30,964 bases of DNA, taken from a virus. Taxonomy: Duplodnaviria; Caudoviricetes. Under the pieces are notes generated by a model. It saw only the letters and a program-made list of their open reading frames with translations, was not told the origin of the DNA and ran no database searches. A program made the translations under genes and the position numbers. Location of the stretch: positions 1-30,964 of the IMG/VR virus record IMGVR_UViG_3300040985_001478; one strand, 5' to 3'. Each line of letters opens with the position of its first letter. The first letter of the stretch is position 1. Shown in pieces: positions 25,569 to 30,964 of the stretch.

Positions 25569-25621
25569 AATAAACTCCGTTATCTATATGTATTCTTTCT
25601 GTATGAATAAGAATGATAAAA

Positions 25622-28201
25622 TTATATCCTAACTCTGGTAACATTATACCGATCCTCGAAAGTCACAATAGTTTTTGAATCCTCGGGAATGATCCTTGAT
25701 AAGGTATCATAGCCTCCTTCAATATGCTTAAAAGTAATATTATTACGTAGTCCTTTAGCAATATCTAGGATTAGGTCCTTATCGCTATCATAAAACATCC
25801 GACCTACTTGACTCACTGGCATTCGACTGAAAACATCGAACCACGTTAACGTTGTCGAACTGTAGGTGTCTGAAAGATAATCAATAACATCTTTTAAAAG
25901 ATAAGAGGTTCCGTAAGAGGAGGCAGGAGCCGAGCTTGTCCCATACCCTCGGGCACTAGCCGAGTAGAAGGTATTAGTGAAGTTATCCTCTACGTATCGG
26001 TATCCAATATTTTGATTGCTCTCAGGTTCCGAAGCTCCTACACGATCTACCCCATCCACTAGGTTTAAATTGTACGCTTCAAACAGGGGTAAAGGAGATT
26101 CGTCTATCGTGGCATTTATAGCGGGTAAGACCGATAAAGACCTTACATGAGTATCCCCGTAGTTTAAAAGTTTCGAACTACCATTAAGGGGGTTAAACAT
26201 CCCTCCTGCTACAGGAGTTACCACAATCCCGAAAGGTATATTTTTAACAAATCTAGAACCTAATGAGGAAAGACCTTGATCAGGAAATGCAGCTAAGTTA
26301 AAATCATTTAAAGATACCGTAACGGTTGAGGTGTCGAGAATATACCGATACAAGGGGTCCCTGTAATCAATAGCCAGCATTGCAGTATTAAGAGCGTTAT
26401 TATTCATATGCACTTGTATATCTTCACTGTCCGTAAGAAGGGAGTATGTTCCGCCGTAATTCTCTACTAAAGGGTTTTCTGTGTAAGCCCCTTCTACAGA
26501 ACCAAGATTAAGAGCGAAGAACAAAGGTTTAGTGGCAGATGAACCTAAATCTCCAGATGCAAACTCGTGCTTATTAATCAATGAAGAGGCAGTGAATGTT
26601 AAAGTGGGGTCAACATTTAACATATCTAAAACTTTCATTCTAACAGGAGGGGGAGCGTAGTAAGCTTGGGTTATAATATTGGTGCTCGGAATGGCTCGTT
26701 CTTGGGACTGTAGGTCTTCACCGTTAATGTAATAACCCCCTCCATTTCCAATATTAAGACTACTAGGGCTTCCAACACTAGGTACCGTTAGTTGTTCTAA
26801 CTTAGTAATCTTATCCACTTCAATACCTTGATTAGGGATACGAAGATTTTTCACTTCACCCGTTAAGGTTGTAACTTCTACACCTAAGTTAAGGTCTTGA
26901 TTTAAAGGTCTAGCTCTATTTATTTGAAAGTTTCTCCAAGTTGATGGTTTAGTGTTTTCAAAAGTATGTAGGTTATTAGTTAAGTATTGGATAGCAAAAC
27001 GTTCCGTATACTCAGTATTCTCTGAGCCTTCAATAACCTCAAAGGAGGATTCAAATTGCCCTAACGAAGCGGCCCTAAAATAGTCGTAATCAAACTCATC
27101 AATCGTTCCTTCCAATAAATGCTTTCGAATGACGTTCAATAAAGTAGTAACCCCTACTGGCTTACCTCCAGGATATCTTAAGTATTGAAAAGAATTAACA
27201 ATCCCTGGACTTAAACTGGCTAACAACTTGTCATCGGACAAATTTTGAAGAGAAACCTCATCCCAGGCTATGTTAGAGTTTTGAATGCTTAACAACTTTG
27301 AAATCTCAGGAGCCATTTCACGATTAAATACCAAGGTATTAGTAGTGTAGTTTCTTTCCAACTCAGTGTTAGTATCAGGCCCCACTTTAAAGAAGTTTAA
27401 ATTAGGATCATATAACTGAGGTTGAGTAGTTCCTCGCTGCTGTTGCCGATAATCTTCAGGGCTAATTACTTCGTTCGCAGTTATGACCTTAGCATTCATA
27501 GATTCTTGGTTACTTATTATTTGTTCAGATTGAACTTCCTTTTGAATACTTAAAGGTGTAATTTCGTTAGTAAGGGTAGCGATTCCTTGTCCTGTATTGA
27601 TAGAGCCAGCAGCCCCCAGAACACTCCCTAAGCCAGAATTAGGGTCTTGAGGATCTACTCCATTTAATTGACGTAGGACAGGCAACGCACCTCCAGGGCA
27701 AACTAAACCAGTAGAGACGTTTGCTGTACAAGCAGCTTGACAAGCAGCTAAAGAAGGATGAATGCATTCAGTATCAACAATTACCTCTCCGTTAGCATTT
27801 AAGTAGGTAGGACTGCAAGTAACACAATTAAACTGAAAAGATATTGGAGTGATTTGATTTAGAGGAACATATTCCTCCCCAGGACATACATTTACACTTA
27901 CAGCTACGCACTTATGGTAGGTGACAGGTCCTCCAACGTTGGTAGATGTTGGTCCTTGGCCTGGGATGTTAGGAACGTTGGTGAATGTTGGTCCTTGGCC
28001 TGGGATGTTAGGAACGTTGGGAGGCTCGATTACTGGGGTATTAGGGATCCAGGGAGGGTCCCAAGGACCGCTAGGAGGAGGAGTAGTAGTGGGAGTCAAT
28101 ATGACTGGAATTATGGGGGGTTCTGACCCACCTGACCCTTGACCTTGTGTCCCAGGCAGATTACCACGACCACAAGGATATACAGTTGTGAAGCCAGTCA
28201 T
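25622..28201 (-). CDS. Large hypothetical (probably virion) protein with Pro-rich and Cys-rich N-terminus
   Basis: 859-aa ORF in the structural module; no family recognised. Confidence 0.7.
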   Translation of the reverse strand: MTGFTTVYPCGRGNLPGTQGQGSGGSEPPIIPVILTPTTTPPPSGPWDPPWIPNTPVIEPPNVPNIPGQGPTFTNVPNIPGQGPTSTNVGGPVTYHKCVAVSVNVCPGEEYVPLNQITPISFQFNCVTCSPTYLNANGEVIVDTECIHPSLAACQAACTANVSTGLVCPGGALPVLRQLNGVDPQDPNSGLGSVLGAAGSINTGQGIATLTNEITPLSIQKEVQSEQIISNQESMNAKVITANEVISPEDYRQQQRGTTQPQLYDPNLNFFKVGPDTNTELERNYTTNTLVFNREMAPEISKLLSIQNSNIAWDEVSLQNLSDDKLLASLSPGIVNSFQYLRYPGGKPVGVTTLLNVIRKHLLEGTIDEFDYDYFRAASLGQFESSFEVIEGSENTEYTERFAIQYLTNNLHTFENTKPSTWRNFQINRARPLNQDLNLGVEVTTLTGEVKNLRIPNQGIEVDKITKLEQLTVPSVGSPSSLNIGNGGGYYINGEDLQSQERAIPSTNIITQAYYAPPPVRMKVLDMLNVDPTLTFTASSLINKHEFASGDLGSSATKPLFFALNLGSVEGAYTENPLVENYGGTYSLLTDSEDIQVHMNNNALNTAMLAIDYRDPLYRYILDTSTVTVSLNDFNLAAFPDQGLSSLGSRFVKNIPFGIVVTPVAGGMFNPLNGSSKLLNYGDTHVRSLSVLPAINATIDESPLPLFEAYNLNLVDGVDRVGASEPESNQNIGYRYVEDNFTNTFYSASARGYGTSSAPASSYGTSYLLKDVIDYLSDTYSSTTLTWFDVFSRMPVSQVGRMFYDSDKDLILDIAKGLRNNITFKHIEGGYDTLSRIIPEDSKTIVTFEDRYNVTRVRI
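27935..28020 (-). repeat. 39-bp in-frame tandem repeat (2.2 copies; NVPNIPGQGPTxT)
   Basis: aacgttggt(ag/ga)atgttggtccttggcctgggatgttagg at 27935 and 27974; partial copy at 28013. Confidence 0.9.
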
Positions 28202-28210
28202 ACTATTTAA

Positions 28211-30877
28211 TTATATGCAGTTGATAGTTGGACCAAAATTTCTAAGAGTTCCAGTGGTTCCCTTACCTTTATTGACAGAATCTAGAGTTAGCCCGACCAC
28301 TTGGAAGGTGACCGAAGGGTAAAGTAAAGGATGCATTGCAGTCAACCAATCCACAGATGCATAGCCTGCATGGTTCGAAGCTATTCCATTATTTACAACT
28401 TCGTTAAAGAACACAGAGTCACGGTATCCCGACTGAGTATCTGGGCCACCATCAACCATATACGTTTTTATAGATCTAGGAGGTGTTCGTTTAAATGGAG
28501 AATTACCTATAAGGGGGATTTCTGGGAGAGTAAATCCAGTGAACGCTTCAACATCGTTTCGATTTGCCCACGGCTTATTTTTAATTCCAGAATCTATGTC
28601 TCCCCAGGAATTACCGATCCAAGCAACATTTATAACAAAGTAATCCTTGTATTTATTAACCCATACGTTGCTTGATTGTGCATTTCCATTGCTGCCAGTA
28701 GCTCCCGTTGACAACGGGATGCAATTTAGAAGATCAACATTTACCTGATAGTCACTAACCCATGGAGTATTATCGAAATTCAAATTAATCCTCTTCTTTA
28801 CAAAGAAGATCTGAGCCATATGTCCCTCGTTTAAACGCCTTGAGTTACCATTATTAAGACCAACGGGAGTAGCTCCTCTTATTTCTCTTGTGCTATTTCC
28901 AAAGGATTGCTCGTATGCAACTCTTTGACCAGCAGCCCATCGGAAGTTGGCAATGCCTTCTGGATAAGCACCCCTAATTTCGTTAATCGATCGCTGTGAG
29001 AACCCTCCTTTTGCAGGAGGAAGCAGGGCGGCCCGACCTTCCGCACCGTCAGGCTCAGAACACCATCCAAGACCTACGTTAATGTAGTCATTAATTCCAT
29101 CGCCTGTAAACCCTGCTTCAGTATACCAGTCCGCTTTATCCCATTGAGGGAGTTGACCAATACTTCCAGGGGTGTAGGAAAACTCGTCTTCGATTATATC
29201 TGCGAACACGTTAAAACTAAGAGGCTCTATCCCTCCACCAATGTTAATCGCGGCATGTCGCATAAGGGCACCTTCAGGTCCAAAATTACCACCAGTTAGT
29301 TGACCAGTAGCAATAATCCTACTTCCTTCACCAACAGACTGAGTAGAAGGTGAAGGAGAGGGAGTTTGAATGCCTTCAATCTTATTATTTAAGGAGGTAT
29401 ATAATTCGCTTCTAACTTGATCTAAATAAGTCTCGGTAACTACAGGATTAACAATAGAAACTTGAGGAGTTGCGGCGGCAATACCTGCACGCTCATTATA
29501 TGCTAACTCTGTAGTTCTAAAGAACGGTCTAATATCTATAATATCCTCTTCTGTAATTAAATCAGCAATAGGACCCGCAGCAGTTTGAACTCTAATATAA
29601 GCAATCGGAAGAATAGATTGACCTATTAAAGGAAGCGCATTGGTTTCTAAATTCTCAGACAATACCGGGGCCAGATTCATTAAATCATCAGGAGAGGGGA
29701 AAGACCCTTTAATAAATCCCGCTGAAGTAGAGAATCCTACATCACTCCCATTCTCATCCCCAGGATGAGCTAACATTAAAGGAGTTCCATCCAAGCTTTG
29801 TATATCTACAAGATCTTTATATATCTCAGTACTATTAGAAGCAACAACTTCCCTGCTAAGACCAACGCCTGCTCCCTTGACGATACCTAATTCTGCCCTC
29901 GTTATTTTAGTTGGAATACCGTTGACAAACTTATTAATTGTAGTTGAACTTTCGTCAATTGCTTTAGTGTATATAAACAACAGGTCAATTCTTTGATTAC
30001 TAGCCAAAGGTTGCCTTACCCCATTTGAATCAAAATAGAAGAAGTCATTCGGATCGTAATCTGGGATCGTAATTTCTAACTCTTCAGGGATATCAACAAC
30101 GGAGGTCCTAATCGCACCCCTCCATCTTTTTATAAAAGTTGACTCCATTCTTCCTTGATTTTTAGCGGCTGAGTATCGAATTGCATTCTTAGATTCTTCA
30201 CGGGAACTATCTATATTAAATGCAGGTTGGCTACCTTGATAGTTTGGGTAAGGAGCAAATTGAAAATTATTAGTAAAAGGTAGCCCTCTTCCGTAATCCC
30301 CATACCCAGGAGTCGAAACATTTAAAAACTTGAAAGGATTAGCAGGGTTATCAATTCCGTTTAAATCTCCAATAGGATATACAAACGCTCTTTCATATAA
30401 ACCATTCATCATGAATGCCGCACCTAAAAGCCCTTGTTGAAACTCGTCCAATGAAGCTTTCACTACGTCACCATGTATAGTTTCACTCTCCCATACCTTA
30501 TACTGACCATTCAGGGTCTCGCCTAGATTCCCGGTGACGGAAAACCCAGCAATTTGCTCCACAGTCTGTAAAGGAGTTAAATCATAGGCGTTGTTAACCC
30601 TAGCTGTATATTTACCCGGCTTAACCCTAACCTTACGATCATTTCCCGTGGCATATGGCTTTAGCTCCGAGAACCCCTTCCTATCGATTTCAACATTTAG
30701 ATTGTCTTTAAAGTTTAATAAACCGTCTACCTGATCCTTAAGAAACTTAGAACTTTCCTCTAATTGCTTAATTGGAATATTATCAACTTCATAGTAGTAG
30801 GGGTCGTTAGCCTTAAAATACCTAACAGGGTCGATAAACGTGTAGGGTGTGTCAAAATATGAAAATTCGTTAGCCAT
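28211..30877 (-). CDS. Large hypothetical virion structural protein
   Basis: 888-aa ORF with QRIDLL and IIDIRPF patterns reminiscent of phage tail/baseplate-associated beta domains; upstream TATAAATA at 30903-30910. Confidence 0.7.
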   Translation of the reverse strand: MANEFSYFDTPYTFIDPVRYFKANDPYYYEVDNIPIKQLEESSKFLKDQVDGLLNFKDNLNVEIDRKGFSELKPYATGNDRKVRVKPGKYTARVNNAYDLTPLQTVEQIAGFSVTGNLGETLNGQYKVWESETIHGDVVKASLDEFQQGLLGAAFMMNGLYERAFVYPIGDLNGIDNPANPFKFLNVSTPGYGDYGRGLPFTNNFQFAPYPNYQGSQPAFNIDSSREESKNAIRYSAAKNQGRMESTFIKRWRGAIRTSVVDIPEELEITIPDYDPNDFFYFDSNGVRQPLASNQRIDLLFIYTKAIDESSTTINKFVNGIPTKITRAELGIVKGAGVGLSREVVASNSTEIYKDLVDIQSLDGTPLMLAHPGDENGSDVGFSTSAGFIKGSFPSPDDLMNLAPVLSENLETNALPLIGQSILPIAYIRVQTAAGPIADLITEEDIIDIRPFFRTTELAYNERAGIAAATPQVSIVNPVVTETYLDQVRSELYTSLNNKIEGIQTPSPSPSTQSVGEGSRIIATGQLTGGNFGPEGALMRHAAINIGGGIEPLSFNVFADIIEDEFSYTPGSIGQLPQWDKADWYTEAGFTGDGINDYINVGLGWCSEPDGAEGRAALLPPAKGGFSQRSINEIRGAYPEGIANFRWAAGQRVAYEQSFGNSTREIRGATPVGLNNGNSRRLNEGHMAQIFFVKKRINLNFDNTPWVSDYQVNVDLLNCIPLSTGATGSNGNAQSSNVWVNKYKDYFVINVAWIGNSWGDIDSGIKNKPWANRNDVEAFTGFTLPEIPLIGNSPFKRTPPRSIKTYMVDGGPDTQSGYRDSVFFNEVVNNGIASNHAGYASVDWLTAMHPLLYPSVTFQVVGLTLDSVNKGKGTTGTLRNFGPTINCI

Positions 30878-30964
30878 TAATTATCCTTCTTAAGATCAAA
30901 GTTATTTATAGATGCAAGACCTAAACCGTAATCATAGTTATTATAGGAGTCTCCACCAAACGCG
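30877..30964 (-). CDS. 3' end of an upstream gene (truncated)
   Basis: Open frame AFGGDSYNNYDYGLGLASINNFDLKKDN*, whose TAA overlaps the next ATG (TAATG). Confidence 0.6.
   Translation of the reverse strand, partial: AFGGDSYNNYDYGLGLASINNFDLKKDN

Noticed and set aside
27935-28020. CRISPR-like appearance of the 39-bp repeat (also the 21-bp and 18-bp repeats in ORF 6832)
   Set aside because: Head-to-tail, in-frame coding repeats with no unique spacers.
1487-29070. Numerous short ORFs (60-130 aa) nested in or antisense to the assigned genes
   Set aside because: Fully overlapped by well-supported genes and lack recognisable motifs.
1-30964. tRNA, rRNA, structured ncRNA, IS elements or homing endonucleases
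   Set aside because: Intergenic gaps are all under about 85 bp and are mostly accounted for by promoters or terminators; no transposase, HNH, GIY-YIG or LAGLIDADG motifs were recognised.

Overview
A 31-kb fragment of a large, T4-like (myovirus) phage genome using the standard genetic code, AT-rich, almost fully coding and mostly on the minus strand. The right half is a virion module: two large unknown structural proteins, small prohead-core-like proteins, prohead protease (gp21), scaffold (gp22), major capsid (gp23), neck gp13/gp14, tail terminator gp15, sheath gp18 and tube gp19. The left half is replication and nucleotide metabolism: gp41/DnaB-like helicase, class II RNR, SbcCD (gp46/47), ThyX, an Hjc-like resolvase and a short gp55-like late sigma factor. 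The most striking feature is a family A DNA polymerase with an N-terminal UDG4-like Fe-S domain. It is encoded as three cleanly coupled ORFs split inside the proofreading exonuclease and inside the thumb, has no intein motifs and has several non-canonical active-site motifs. Its first gene and the late sigma gene diverge from a perfectly symmetric 17-bp spacer holding the palindrome ACTAT-G-ATAGT, apparently a bidirectional leaderless promoter; the same palindrome recurs at a second divergent pair. Several proteins look like protease-processed, capsid-packaged cargo, including a modular basic polyprotein and a possible PD-(D/E)xK nuclease. All calls come from recognising motifs by eye; no searches were run.
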